A stretch of DNA of 64,000 bases, taken from positions 1,298-65,297 of the forward strand of contig JBKEAR010000019.1 in assembly GCA_047972425.1 (NCBI GenBank), given 5' to 3'. The stretch is from Alphaproteobacteria bacterium. Its GTDB lineage: Bacteria > Pseudomonadota > Alphaproteobacteria > JBKEAR01. Of the stretch, positions 54,294-64,000 are shown piece after piece. Each line of letters opens with the position of its first letter. Positions within the stretch are counted from its first letter, which is position 1. Both the position numbers and the translations under genes were made by a program. The notes under the pieces are model-generated. The model made no database searches. It had not been told where the DNA came from and was given only the letters and a program-made list of their open reading frames with translations.

Positions 54294-54488
54294 ATGCCCA
54301 AGTTAAAAACAAAATCGTCTGCAAAAAAGCGTTTTCGCTTAACTGCAAGCGGCAAAGTGCGCGCAAATTATGCGTATAAAAGCCACTTTTTACGCCGTCG
54401 TTCTCAGAAAATGAAACGGAAAGCCCGGGGTACATTAGTTTTGTGTCCGGCAGATGCCCGTTTGGTTAAAAGTTATTTTCACCGTTAA
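54294..54488 (+). CDS. rpmI: 50S ribosomal protein L35
   Basis: Start at MPKLKTKSSAKKRF (SD agagga). Confidence 0.85.
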   Translation: MPKLKTKSSAKKRFRLTASGKVRANYAYKSHFLRRRSQKMKRKARGTLVLCPADARLVKSYFHR

Positions 54489-54504
54489 TTAGGAGATTAG
54501 ATAG

Positions 54505-54858
54505 ATGGCAAGAGTAAAACGTGGTGTAACCACCCATGCACGTCATAAAAAAATTGTTAAGATGGCCAAAGGCTATCGGGGTCGTGCAAATAATAATTTC
54601 CGTATTGCGGTAGAACGTGTAGAACATGGTTTGCAATATGCTTACCGTGATCGTAAAGCGAAAAAACGTAGCTTTCGTGCATTATGGATTCAACGTATTA
54701 ATGCGGCTGTGCGTCAGCATGGTTTAAATTATAGCCAATTCATGAATGGTATTCATAAAGCGGGTATTGAGGTCGATCGTAAGGTTTTAGCTGACCTTGC
54801 TGTACACCAACCCGAAAGCTTTGAAGCATTAGTGAATGAAGCCAAAAAAGCTTTATAA
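54505..54858 (+). CDS. rplT: 50S ribosomal protein L20
   Basis: 117 aa; [16 protein letters not shown]. Confidence 0.9.
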   Translation: MARVKRGVTTHARHKKIVKMAKGYRGRANNNFRIAVERVEHGLQYAYRDRKAKKRSFRALWIQRINAAVRQHGLNYSQFMNGIHKAGIEVDRKVLADLAVHQPESFEALVNEAKKAL

Positions 54859-54878
54859 TTAAAGTTTTAAGCATTAAA

Positions 54879-54913
54879 AAAACCGCTCTTTATTTTAAGA
54901 GCGGTTTTTTATT
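54879..54913. terminator. bidirectional intrinsic terminator after rplT / after the convergent GH2 gene
   Basis: aaaccgctcttta-tttt-aagagcggttt followed by tttttatt. Confidence 0.7.
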
Positions 54914-54924
54914 ACCCCAATAGA

Positions 54925-57156
54925 TTACGTAATTTTTATGGTAATCTCTTGGCTAAGGCCAAGCTCGGCAAGTTGCGCCTTTACTTTAACCTCTCCTTTT
55001 TCCCCAAAAGTTTCTAACCAAATGGCACCATAGCCACCGAGCATCGATTTAACTTTGGGCCCCAAAATTTTAGCCGGACCTTCCACACTAAACTCGATAG
55101 GTGTATGGAGAAACGGTAAATCGTTACCATATTCATCGCAAATATGGGCAATAATTCTTGTGTTATCAATGGGTAGGGCGTGGAGTTGGGTATCATCGGC
55201 CGTTAAAGTGAATTTTTGTGGTGTAGCCGATGCTGTAAAGCGTTTTTCGGCCACTTTTTTACCCTGAACATAACCTTTAAAATGCCCTTCGTTCCAATTG
55301 AAACCCCAACCGCCATCATCAAACTGGGGGATAATAATGGGTGCATGGGGTAGATTTTTAAATTGGTCGCGGGCAGGGAAGTAACGCCCAACAAACATAT
55401 CGCCAAAATAAAACTCCACATAATCGCAATTGGTTAAAATGAGTAAGGGGGTAAAGTTACATTCGTCACGTTCGCCCCTTGCCCAAACGGTTACGGGTTC
55501 TAATATGGCCTCGTCATCGGGTGATGTTTGCGAGGCATAAGCATAGGCGGCTGGCTTAGGAATACGGAACATATCCATCACACCATGATAACAAATATGA
55601 TCCCCGGCACCAAAATCCTTATGGGTATTATAATCAAAGGCACACCAGCCAATACAGCCAATTATGTCATCATCGCCATACATGGCATCAATCACATGTA
55701 AATGGCGTAATGCATGCTCCATAAGCCGCTCCTCAGGGTCAATGCGCTTAGTCGGGAACATATGGCCGTTATATTCGGTAACCATATAAGGCACTTTATG
55801 GGTAAGCCCGGTGACTTGCTGTTGCCCACGCAGAGCAATTTGAGAGCCGTTATGGATAAAGTCGTTCATGGTATACACATCTTCGAACATACGGCTATCG
55901 GTAATGCAGCGCACGCCGCCGGTTTGCCTTGTGGGGTCTAACTTATGGGCTAGGGCATTGGTGCGTTTATAAAAATCGTCATCATCGGCACTTTCATTAA
56001 TGCGCACACCCCATAAGATGATAGAAGGGTGATTAAAATCGCGGTCAATCATGGCTTCCACATCATGGAGGCTTTGTTGCTTCCATTTTTCATCGCCAAT
56101 ATGCTGCCAACCCGGTATTTCCTCAAATACTAAAAGGCCAAGCTCATCGCAGCGATCGATAAAATATTTCGATTGCATATAATGAGAGGTTCGCACAATA
56201 TTGAGTTTAAGCTGATTTTTCAAAATATCGGCATCGGCTCTTTGGGCACGTTTGCCCATGGCGTAACCCACATAAGGATAAGATTGGTGGCGGTTAAGCC
56301 CCATTAGCTTAAGTTTGCGCCCGTTTAAATAAAAGCCATGGGTGGTAAACTCCACTTGGCGAAAACCAATACGGGTTTGATATTGGTGGATGATATCGCC
56401 CTGATTTTTTAATGATAGTTCAAGATGATAAAGCTGTGGCTCATCAATATCCCATAGGGTAATTTTGGGGATATTATGAATCTCTATAACATGCTCTTCT
56501 TTCTCTTGACCGCTGAGGGTAATGGTGGATTGACCATTAAACTGATAACCATCGGCATAAAGATTATGAATGATATGATATTGCCCTTGTTTTTTCTGTT
56601 TATTATCAATAAAAATTCGTGCTTGGATGGATTTTTCTTCTGTATCGTAACCCGATGTGGAAATATGTGCATTGGCAATATTTAACTTGGGCTGAAGGAT
56701 AAGAAAGACCTCGCGATATATTCCGCCATAGGTGATATAATCAATAAAACGCCCAAAGGGTGGTGTATCATTGCGCTCGGTACTATCGACAATAATGGTT
56801 AATAAATTATCTTCTCCAGCAATGAAATCCGCAGTTAAATCGGCTGTAAACTCCGAATATCCCCCCTTATGGCTAGTGATGAGTTTGCCGTTTAAATAGA
56901 CATCGGCCTTGCACATCACACCTTCGAACAATAAGGATATTTGGTTATCGCCAATCTCGTTGTCTGATAAATTGAGTATGCGTTGATAGGTCGAGACAAA
57001 CTGAAATTCTTCTTCCTGAAAATAATTATAAGGTAAATCCTTATTATTATGGGGTAAGGTAATCGGTTTGGCTTTATTGTTGAGCTGGCTTAACCATTCT
57101 TTTTGGGTGGTGGCTGTATAATACCAACCAAGGGATAAATTTTGTTTGTTGTTCAT
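54925..57156 (-). CDS. glycoside hydrolase family 2 protein (beta-galactosidase/beta-mannosidase-like), 743 aa
   Basis: GH2 TIM-barrel motifs (RTSHY, ILWGVRINES); last gene of the ABC-transporter operon. Confidence 0.7.
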   Translation of the reverse strand: MNNKQNLSLGWYYTATTQKEWLSQLNNKAKPITLPHNNKDLPYNYFQEEEFQFVSTYQRILNLSDNEIGDNQISLLFEGVMCKADVYLNGKLITSHKGGYSEFTADLTADFIAGEDNLLTIIVDSTERNDTPPFGRFIDYITYGGIYREVFLILQPKLNIANAHISTSGYDTEEKSIQARIFIDNKQKKQGQYHIIHNLYADGYQFNGQSTITLSGQEKEEHVIEIHNIPKITLWDIDEPQLYHLELSLKNQGDIIHQYQTRIGFRQVEFTTHGFYLNGRKLKLMGLNRHQSYPYVGYAMGKRAQRADADILKNQLKLNIVRTSHYMQSKYFIDRCDELGLLVFEEIPGWQHIGDEKWKQQSLHDVEAMIDRDFNHPSIILWGVRINESADDDDFYKRTNALAHKLDPTRQTGGVRCITDSRMFEDVYTMNDFIHNGSQIALRGQQQVTGLTHKVPYMVTEYNGHMFPTKRIDPEERLMEHALRHLHVIDAMYGDDDIIGCIGWCAFDYNTHKDFGAGDHICYHGVMDMFRIPKPAAYAYASQTSPDDEAILEPVTVWARGERDECNFTPLLILTNCDYVEFYFGDMFVGRYFPARDQFKNLPHAPIIIPQFDDGGWGFNWNEGHFKGYVQGKKVAEKRFTASATPQKFTLTADDTQLHALPIDNTRIIAHICDEYGNDLPFLHTPIEFSVEGPAKILGPKVKSMLGGYGAIWLETFGEKGEVKVKAQLAELGLSQEITIKIT

Positions 57157-57183
57157 TGTTATAACCTTTTATTTGTTTTTTAT

Positions 57184-58050
57184 TTAACCTTTAACGCCGC
57201 TACCAGTAACGGCTGCGATAAAGTGGCGTTGCATCAGCAAAAAGAAAATAATGATTGGGATTGTTGATATGGTAATACCCGTCATTACCTGCCCGTAATC
57301 GATAATACTAAAGCCGATAAGCGATGATAATGCGACAGGTAAGGTGCGCATTTCGGGAGTGGCGGTAATCACAAGCGGCCACATAAAATTATTCCAACTT
57401 GTCATAAAAACAAATATCGATGTTGCGGCAATAGCCGGCTTCATATTGGGCAAGACAATGGTGGCAAAAATACGATATTCGTTGCAGCCATCGGCACGGG
57501 CGGCCTCGATAATCTCGTAAGGGAAGGACTTCATATTTTGGGTCATTAAAAATACCGCAAAAATATTACATAATCCCGGTAGTATTAGCGCCGGATAGCT
57601 ATCTAAACCAAAAGAGATACCCAATAGGCTAAAATCAATTGAGGCAAATAGGCGAAATAAAGATACGATTGTGGCCTGATAAGGGATCATCATAGAAAAT
57701 AAAAATAAGCTAAAGACCAATTTTTTCCCTTTAAATTCAAATTGGGCAAAAGCATAACCCGCCATGGAGGCAATAGATAATGTTAAAATGGTTTGGATAA
57801 TAGCCACAATCATTGAATTAACAAATACACGGCTAATTTTAACGGTTTCGTTGAGGTTACGGAAGTTTTCGGCTAATTGATCGCCAAATGTCCAAAAGGG
57901 TGGATATTTATAAACGGCTGATGTATGGTGGGTTGCATTAATGAATGTCCAAAAAAATGGATAAAGACAGACAAATGCCATGAGAATTAAAAAAATATAA
58001 AGACCAGTCTTTTTAATTTGAGATGATGTTTTATGGGTCATATTAATCAT
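57184..58050 (-). CDS. carbohydrate ABC transporter permease (MalG/UgpE-type)
   Basis: 288 aa, 6 TM, EAA-loop region. Confidence 0.8.
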   Translation of the reverse strand: MINMTHKTSSQIKKTGLYIFLILMAFVCLYPFFWTFINATHHTSAVYKYPPFWTFGDQLAENFRNLNETVKISRVFVNSMIVAIIQTILTLSIASMAGYAFAQFEFKGKKLVFSLFLFSMMIPYQATIVSLFRLFASIDFSLLGISFGLDSYPALILPGLCNIFAVFLMTQNMKSFPYEIIEAARADGCNEYRIFATIVLPNMKPAIAATSIFVFMTSWNNFMWPLVITATPEMRTLPVALSSLIGFSIIDYGQVMTGITISTIPIIIFFLLMQRHFIAAVTGSGVKG

Positions 58051-58915
58051 CCTTACCTAAAATTTTAAATTGAATAATAGCCAAAATAACAACTAAAACC
58101 ACAATGCCCCATGCAATAGCTGCACCATAACCCACATTCGATGCCCGAAATGCCGTATTATATAAATACATGGTGGGCGATAATGTGGCATCAGATGGGC
58201 CACCACGGGTGAGGTTCATGGGTTCATCAAATAATTGAATTGTCCCAATGGTTGATAAAACAGCGGTAAAAAGCATAACGGGTCTTAATTGGGGCACGGT
58301 AATAAACATAAACTTTTGCCAAGCTTTTGCGCCATCAATTGAGGCTGCCTCGTAAAGAGAAGAGGGGATATTTTGCATAGCGGCTAAAAAGATAATCATA
58401 TTATAACCAGTCCAACGCCATGTGATGGCAATCATGATGCTCACTTTTGCCAAAATCGGATTATCCAGCCAATTAAGCGGTGTAAGATGCAGTGATTTAA
58501 GCATGGAGTTCACAATACCTTCAAAAGAAAGCAACATAAAAAAGATAATCGCATAGGCCACAAGGGAGGTAACCGTTGGTAAAAAGATGCTCACCCGAAA
58601 TAATCCTTTAAATTTGAGTAACGGATTATTAAGTATCGAGGCAAATACCATAGCTAAAAATAGCATAATCGGAACTTGAATGATAAGAATGATAAACATA
58701 TTCCAGACCGAGCGCCAAAAAATAGTATCTTGCATGAGCCGAATATAATTACCGAGACCAACAAAGCTTTGTCTTTCGCCGCGGATAAAATAAAAGCTCA
58801 TCATAAAGCTATCGATAATCGGCCACACCATAAAACATAAAAATAAAATAAGTGCTGGGGAAATAAATACCCAAGCGGCTCTTGTTTTTTGATAATTCAG
58901 ATTAGTCGCTTTCAT
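58043..58915 (-). CDS. carbohydrate ABC transporter permease (MalF/UgpA-type)
   Basis: 290 aa, 6 TM. Confidence 0.8.
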   Translation of the reverse strand: MKATNLNYQKTRAAWVFISPALILFLCFMVWPIIDSFMMSFYFIRGERQSFVGLGNYIRLMQDTIFWRSVWNMFIILIIQVPIMLFLAMVFASILNNPLLKFKGLFRVSIFLPTVTSLVAYAIIFFMLLSFEGIVNSMLKSLHLTPLNWLDNPILAKVSIMIAITWRWTGYNMIIFLAAMQNIPSSLYEAASIDGAKAWQKFMFITVPQLRPVMLFTAVLSTIGTIQLFDEPMNLTRGGPSDATLSPTMYLYNTAFRASNVGYGAAIAWGIVVLVVILAIIQFKILGKDD

Positions 58916-58975
58916 TGGTAATTCCTAAAAATGTGCCTGCCTAAGAGAGATAGGCAGGCAAAGTTAAATGAGAGA

Positions 58976-60229
58976 CTAGTATTTATTAATTTTGCGCCCG
59001 GTTTGGTTAGCCAAACGTTTGGCGGCATCGGATAATATTTTGGTTGGTTCTTTATCGGTTGTAATGGCTTCGGCAACAATTTTATTGCCTTCTTCCCGTG
59101 CGATTGAATAGTCAATTGTATAAGTAGCCTCGGGGATATCATTCACAACTTTCGATAAATCGGCCCATATCACTTGGCCACCAAAATAGGCGACGCCTTC
59201 GTTAAATGATGGCTCACTATAAACAGGCATATAGCTTGGGTATAATCCCCCTTTAAAGGCCTCTATTTGGTTGGCGATATTGGTTGTAAAAAATTCCATA
59301 AAATCATAGGCTAAATCAATATGTTCGCTTGTTGAGACAATCGCAAAATTACTACCACCAATATTGGCCGCGCTGCGTCCTTGGCTATCTTTTGGCAAGG
59401 GCATTACGCCCCAATTGCCCGACATATCGCTTGCATTGCTTTCAATTGTTCCGGCAAGCCAAGCGCCTGATGGTATAGCAACAATTTTACCTGTTGTAAT
59501 CGCTTGCACAAAGCCGTCCCAACCTTTGGCCGCTGTATAAATAATACCCGCTTTTTCCATTTCATCAATTAATGTTAGCGATTCAAGCGATGCCGGGCTG
59601 TTATAATCGATATTACCATCTTTATCAAAATAACCGGTGGCTCTTTCTTGCATTAATGTACGGTAAAATCCGTCATCATCAGTGCTTACGTTGGTCATAT
59701 ATGAATCAGTTGCTTCTCTGATTTTTTTACCGGCTTCTAAATAATCTTGCCAAGTTTCGATTGATGCGGCATCAACCCCGGCTTTTTCAAAAATATCACG
59801 CCGATAAAATACACCCACAGGGCCGATATCAAATGGCATGGCATAAAATTTACCATCGGCTTGTAATGTTGCTTTTTTAAAGGCCGGGAAGCTATCGCTA
59901 TATTGGTCGTAACCTTTTGCCGATAGATCCACAAATGCGTTGGGCCAATTGGCTAAAAACCCCGAAAAATATTCATCTTCTACTAAAAAGACATCGGGTA
60001 ATCCCTTGCCATTTGCTTGTAAGCCGATATTTACTTTTGTATACACATCGTTACGGCCGGTATCAATGATATTAATTTCGGCATCGGGGTGATTTTGCAT
60101 GTAAAGCTCTGCCGCTTTTTCAAGAACCGGAACATTAATGTTCCATGCCCAAATATCAATAGCTTCGGCAAAGCTTGATAAGCTTGTTGAAAGCATAATG
60201 GCCGTTAATACGGATTTTGTATATTTCAT
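58976..60229 (-). CDS. extracellular solute-binding protein (family 1), paralog B
   Basis: 417 aa with signal peptide; about 55% identical to the upstream paralog; same C-terminus AAKRLANQTGRKINKY. Confidence 0.8.
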   Translation of the reverse strand: MKYTKSVLTAIMLSTSLSSFAEAIDIWAWNINVPVLEKAAELYMQNHPDAEINIIDTGRNDVYTKVNIGLQANGKGLPDVFLVEDEYFSGFLANWPNAFVDLSAKGYDQYSDSFPAFKKATLQADGKFYAMPFDIGPVGVFYRRDIFEKAGVDAASIETWQDYLEAGKKIREATDSYMTNVSTDDDGFYRTLMQERATGYFDKDGNIDYNSPASLESLTLIDEMEKAGIIYTAAKGWDGFVQAITTGKIVAIPSGAWLAGTIESNASDMSGNWGVMPLPKDSQGRSAANIGGSNFAIVSTSEHIDLAYDFMEFFTTNIANQIEAFKGGLYPSYMPVYSEPSFNEGVAYFGGQVIWADLSKVVNDIPEATYTIDYSIAREEGNKIVAEAITTDKEPTKILSDAAKRLANQTGRKINKY

Positions 60230-60256
60230 TATTTTGTTCCTTTCTTATGTTTAATA

Positions 60257-61516
60257 TTAATATTTATTGATTTTACGTCCGGTCTGATTAGCCAAGCGTT
60301 TGGCGGCATCATTTAACGCTTTTTGAACATCGGCATCATTTAATACCACATCGCTTAAAACTTTAATCATCTCTTGGCGAGCCAAAGAATAGTCCATTGT
60401 AAATGTAACGGCAGGGATATTCTGTACGGTTTTACCAAACTCTGCCCAAATAGGCTGGTTATTAAAAAATTCAACGGGTGCATTAAAGCTATCAAGCGCA
60501 TAAACCGGTGTAAGGCTTGGGAATAATCCACCAACAAAAGCAGCCTCTTGCCATTCGGTTGTTGTTGTGAAAAACCGCATAAAGTCATAGGCAAGCTCTA
60601 CATTTTGGCTTGATGATGGTATGACAAAGTTGCTACCGCCAATATTCGATGCATTTTTCCCTTGCGAATTTTTAGGCAATGGCATTACTCCCCAATCGCC
60701 CGCTTGATTCGGCGCTTGTCTTTCAATTGTACCCGCAAGCCATGCGCCCGATGGTGTAGCGACAATACGGTTATTGACAAAAGCCTGCACAAAACTATCC
60801 CAGCCGATATTACCTGTATATAAAATACCGGCTTCGTCCATTTTTTTGATGTTGGTAAAAACTTCTATCATTTCAGGGCTGTTAAAGGCAATATTGCCGT
60901 CTTTATCAAAATAATGGGTATTCGATGCCCCAATCATGGCGCGAACCAATATTTCTTCGTCTGTGCGGATATCGGTCATAAAAGATCCGGTTACTTCTTT
61001 AATTTTTACACCGGCAGCAATATAATCGTCCCAAGTTTCAATGGATTTTGGGTCAACACCCGCTTTTTCAAAAATACTCGGCCGATAAAACACACCCACA
61101 GGGCCGGCATCGAACGGCATGCCATAAAATTTTCCGTTCATTTGGTTGGTTTCTACCTTAAACTGTGGGAAATACTGCGCATATTCGTCATATCCTAAAG
61201 CCGAAAGATCGGTAAAACCATTGGGCCAATTTTCTAAATATCCTTTTAAATGGGTATCTTCAACCAAAATAACATCAGCCAAACCTTTTCCATTGGCCTG
61301 TAGGCCAACAGATAATTTGGTGTAAACATCTTGCGAGCCAATATCCGATACATTAATTACCGCATTTGGGTTATCCTTCACATAAGCTTCTGCCGCTTTT
61401 TGTAATAAGGGTACATTGATATTCCATGCCCAAATTTGAATATTGCCTTCTGCAGCCCAGCTACTTAGACTGGTGGAAACTAAAATTGATGATAAAACTA
61501 TACTTAACTTTTTCAT
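60257..61516 (-). CDS. extracellular solute-binding protein (family 1), paralog A
   Basis: 419 aa with signal peptide. Confidence 0.8.
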   Translation of the reverse strand: MKKLSIVLSSILVSTSLSSWAAEGNIQIWAWNINVPLLQKAAEAYVKDNPNAVINVSDIGSQDVYTKLSVGLQANGKGLADVILVEDTHLKGYLENWPNGFTDLSALGYDEYAQYFPQFKVETNQMNGKFYGMPFDAGPVGVFYRPSIFEKAGVDPKSIETWDDYIAAGVKIKEVTGSFMTDIRTDEEILVRAMIGASNTHYFDKDGNIAFNSPEMIEVFTNIKKMDEAGILYTGNIGWDSFVQAFVNNRIVATPSGAWLAGTIERQAPNQAGDWGVMPLPKNSQGKNASNIGGSNFVIPSSSQNVELAYDFMRFFTTTTEWQEAAFVGGLFPSLTPVYALDSFNAPVEFFNNQPIWAEFGKTVQNIPAVTFTMDYSLARQEMIKVLSDVVLNDADVQKALNDAAKRLANQTGRKINKY

Positions 61517-61703
61517 TTGACCGTCCCTTTACATATTATTTTTATATTTTTACTGTATAAATACTCTTTTTATTCTTTAAGGCTAGCATGATAGTATGGT
61601 GAAAAATTCCTGCTTTATTTTTTTTTATTCCAGTTTTCAACACAAAATGCTAAAATAAAAGTAAAGAGGTTAAAATTTGGCTTATGCAAAATAGGATTTA
61701 TCA

Positions 61704-62588
61704 ATGGTTGGCCATATCAATGTAAAAAAAGATGTTAAACAAGGCGCGCCTTTTAATCATCTAGCAAATGAGCATTCTACTTTTTGGTACCATGGTGCGC
61801 CCAATGTGATGAAAAATGAGCATTGGCATAATCATATTGAGTTTAATTTTATTAAACAAGGGGTGGTTGCTTATAATTATGATGGGCACAATATAGAATT
61901 TCCCTCTGGGCAGCTTATCTTTTTTTGGGGTGGTATTCCGCACCGAATGACAAATTTTCGGCTTAGTGATCAAAAGGGATTTTATAATTTCCATTATCCG
62001 TTAGAGGATTTTTTAATGGTTAATTTTGACCGTAAATTACACCGTTTATTACTCAGTGGGCATATCTTAACACTGAAAGCCCCCGATTTTTTGATAGAAC
62101 AATATTTTGAACTTTGGCGTATGGATATTCAAAAGCAGGGTATGGATATTTTTGACCGGATTAACTCGGATATTGCAGCATTATTTACGCGTTTTTCCTT
62201 TGAGACTTTGGCTTTTCCCCATGGAACCCAGCCGATTAAAAGTAAAGATATAACACCGAATATGTTATTATTTGTTAAAATTATCCGGTATATATTCGAG
62301 CATTTTCAAGAAGATATCCGCAATACCGATATTGCCGAGCATTTAGGTTTTCATGAAAATTATATTCAACGGGTTTTTAAAGATTTTTCAGGAAGTTCTA
62401 TTCGGCAATTTATTATTCATATTCGTTTAAAATATGCATGCTCATTGTTGCGCAACACCAATCGTTCGATATTTAATATTGTTATTGAAACCGGTTTTGG
62501 CTCCACCAGCCGATTTTATAAAGCCTTTGCCGATACCTACCAACAAACCCCCAAACAATATCGAGATATTTGGAAGCAAGAGAAATGA
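61704..62588 (+). CDS. AraC-family transcriptional regulator (cupin plus HTH)
   Basis: C-terminal double HTH_AraC; divergent from the sugar ABC operon. Confidence 0.8.
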   Translation: MVGHINVKKDVKQGAPFNHLANEHSTFWYHGAPNVMKNEHWHNHIEFNFIKQGVVAYNYDGHNIEFPSGQLIFFWGGIPHRMTNFRLSDQKGFYNFHYPLEDFLMVNFDRKLHRLLLSGHILTLKAPDFLIEQYFELWRMDIQKQGMDIFDRINSDIAALFTRFSFETLAFPHGTQPIKSKDITPNMLLFVKIIRYIFEHFQEDIRNTDIAEHLGFHENYIQRVFKDFSGSSIRQFIIHIRLKYACSLLRNTNRSIFNIVIETGFGSTSRFYKAFADTYQQTPKQYRDIWKQEK

Positions 62589-62591
62589 TAA

Positions 62592-62640
62592 ATGGAATGG
62601 CGCACCCGACAGGATTTGAAAATGTGACCTTTGCCTTCGG
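62592..62640 (-). other. tRNA 3'-end fragment (T-loop TTCAAATCC plus acceptor plus CCA) = probable att site of an integrated element
   Basis: Minus-strand ttcaaatcctgtcgggtgcgcca. No complementary 5' acceptor or T-stem upstream, so it is not an intact tRNA. Confidence 0.4.
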
Positions 62641-62807
62641 AGAGAAAATAATTTTATATTCACTTGTAATTATCCATAATCTTTGGTATTAATATAAATG
62701 AGTGTATTGCTTGATTGTATAGTATTTTAAGTATAAATGACTATAAATAATAATCAAGAATATTTTATAGGTAAGGGTCTTAATAGGGTCTTAAATCATG
62801 ATTAAAC

Positions 62808-64000
62808 AAATTACGCAAGCCTTAATTAATAATATTGAACCAAAAGAAAAGCCTTTTGAAGTCTTTGATACAAACGTTAAAGGGCTTTTATTGCGTGTTC
62901 AACCTACTGGTAATTGCACTTTCTATTTTGCGTTTAAAGCTTTGAATGGCAAGAAGGCACGAATTAAAATTGGACAAGCTAAAAGAAGTGGGGTTGGTGA
63001 TATAACTCCGATAATAGCAAGGAAAAGAGCTGAAGAATATAGGGTTATATGTGCAAGGGGTGTTGACCCTAGAGAGGAGATAAAAGAAAAAATAGCAAAA
63101 GCAACACAGGATAGAGGAAATACACTTTCCGCTTTCTCACAACACCAATACCAGCTTTATGTTAAAAGCCACCATAAGGACGCTTATAATACTATCCAGC
63201 GATTAAAGCATTTTGAAAAAGAATGGGGAGATTTACCCTTAGATAAAATCACCACTAAGCACATTGAGGATTATCGACAAAAGAGGATTAAGCAGGGACT
63301 AACACACGCAACAATCAACAGGGACTTAAATATATTGAAAGGGTTATTTTCTAGGGGTATTGAGTGGGGAGCAATAGCAGATACTCCTTTCCGCCGTTTA
63401 AAGAACCTTAGAGTGGATAAAAAAGGAAACACAAGGTTTCTTTCCAAAGAGGAAGAGCAAGCCTTAAGAGGGGCTTTAAGGGAGCGTGATAGGCTAAAGA
63501 GGGAGAAAAGAGCATCATCTGATAAATGGCATCTTGATAGGGGGTATGAACTCCATACGGCACGCTATGAGGATTATGCGTATGTTGATTATTTAGAGCC
63601 AATGGTTTTAGTGGCTTTAAATACAGGCATGCGCAGGGGGGAGTTGTTATCTTTAACATGGCAGGATATTGACCTTAAACAAAATATCATTTCACTAAAA
63701 GGAAAGAATACAAAGTCAGCCCAAAGCCGTAACATACCTATGAATGATGAAGTGAAAGATATAATCACAAAGTTACATGATGAAGGTGTAACCGCTGGAG
63801 ATTATCTTTTTACCCACCCACTAACTGGAAAGCCTATGAAAGAGATTGGCAAGGCTTGGAGAGAAGTGGTAAAACAAGCAGGTATTGAGGGTTTTCGTTT
63901 CCACGATTTAAGGCATACCTTTGCATCTAACCTTGCAAGGCATAATCAAAGCCCTTATACCCTTCAATCGTTATTAGGACATAGTAGCTTAGAAATGGTA
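62808..64000 (+). CDS. tyrosine-type site-specific recombinase / P4-like phage integrase (3' end outside window)
   Basis: Manual translation gives MIKQITQALINNIEPKEKPFEVFDTNVKGLLLRVQPTGNCTFYF (Arm-type DUF4102 N-terminus) ... LNTGMRRGELLSLTWQDID ... FRFHDLRHTFAS (integrase catalytic R...HxxR). Open to the window end, hence absent from the ORF track. Confidence 0.85.

Noticed and set aside
62592-62640. Possible tRNA gene
   Set aside because: Only the T-loop/acceptor 3' half plus CCA is present. No complementary 5' acceptor or T-stem within 80 nt, so it was treated as an att fragment.

Overview
Alphaproteobacterial chromosome, low GC (about 40%). Main evidence for the class: the order rimP-nusA-ylxR/L7Ae-infB-rbfA-truB-rpsO, the Lys/Glu/Ala-rich IF2 N-terminus and two-piece codon usage. 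No organism is named. Core content: the nusA/infB operon (2067-8846), a complete glucuronide/hexuronate catabolic locus with a TRAP transporter (9215-19711), detox/redox genes (GST, YhdH-like, nitroreductase), and a secreted DUF62 SAM hydrolase. rpoC-rpoB (23573-32016) sit without rplKAJL upstream. Then follow a disrupted SDR gene, aat, hsp20 with a sigma32-type promoter, upp, and a run of secreted proteins (tannase-like, frameshifted ankyrin, DUF4424/YARHP, esterase). Next is a decayed proVWX operon. The most unusual feature is a two-gene MotA/ExbB-like plus MotB/OmpA-like pair in which both proteins carry long coiled-coil extensions (44526-46886), followed by two tiny membrane ORFs. After that come rsfS-rlmH, pnp (about 39.5 kb away from rpsO), a large NMO-family gene, an MFS transporter, ogt, rpmI-rplT (no infC), a GH2 plus ABC-transporter sugar locus with tandemly duplicated binding proteins and an AraC regulator, and finally a P4-type integrase next to a tRNA 3'-end fragment (the left end of an integrated element that runs off the window). 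The intergenic space is full of a structured, hairpin-rich dispersed repeat family. Composite copies flank a 29.5-kb block (8890-9219 and 38281-38640), with a third partial copy after rpoC. Several conserved operons are broken and several genes are pseudogenised. Together this points to a repeat-driven, rearranged, probably host-associated genome. No tRNA, rRNA or CRISPR array was recognised.
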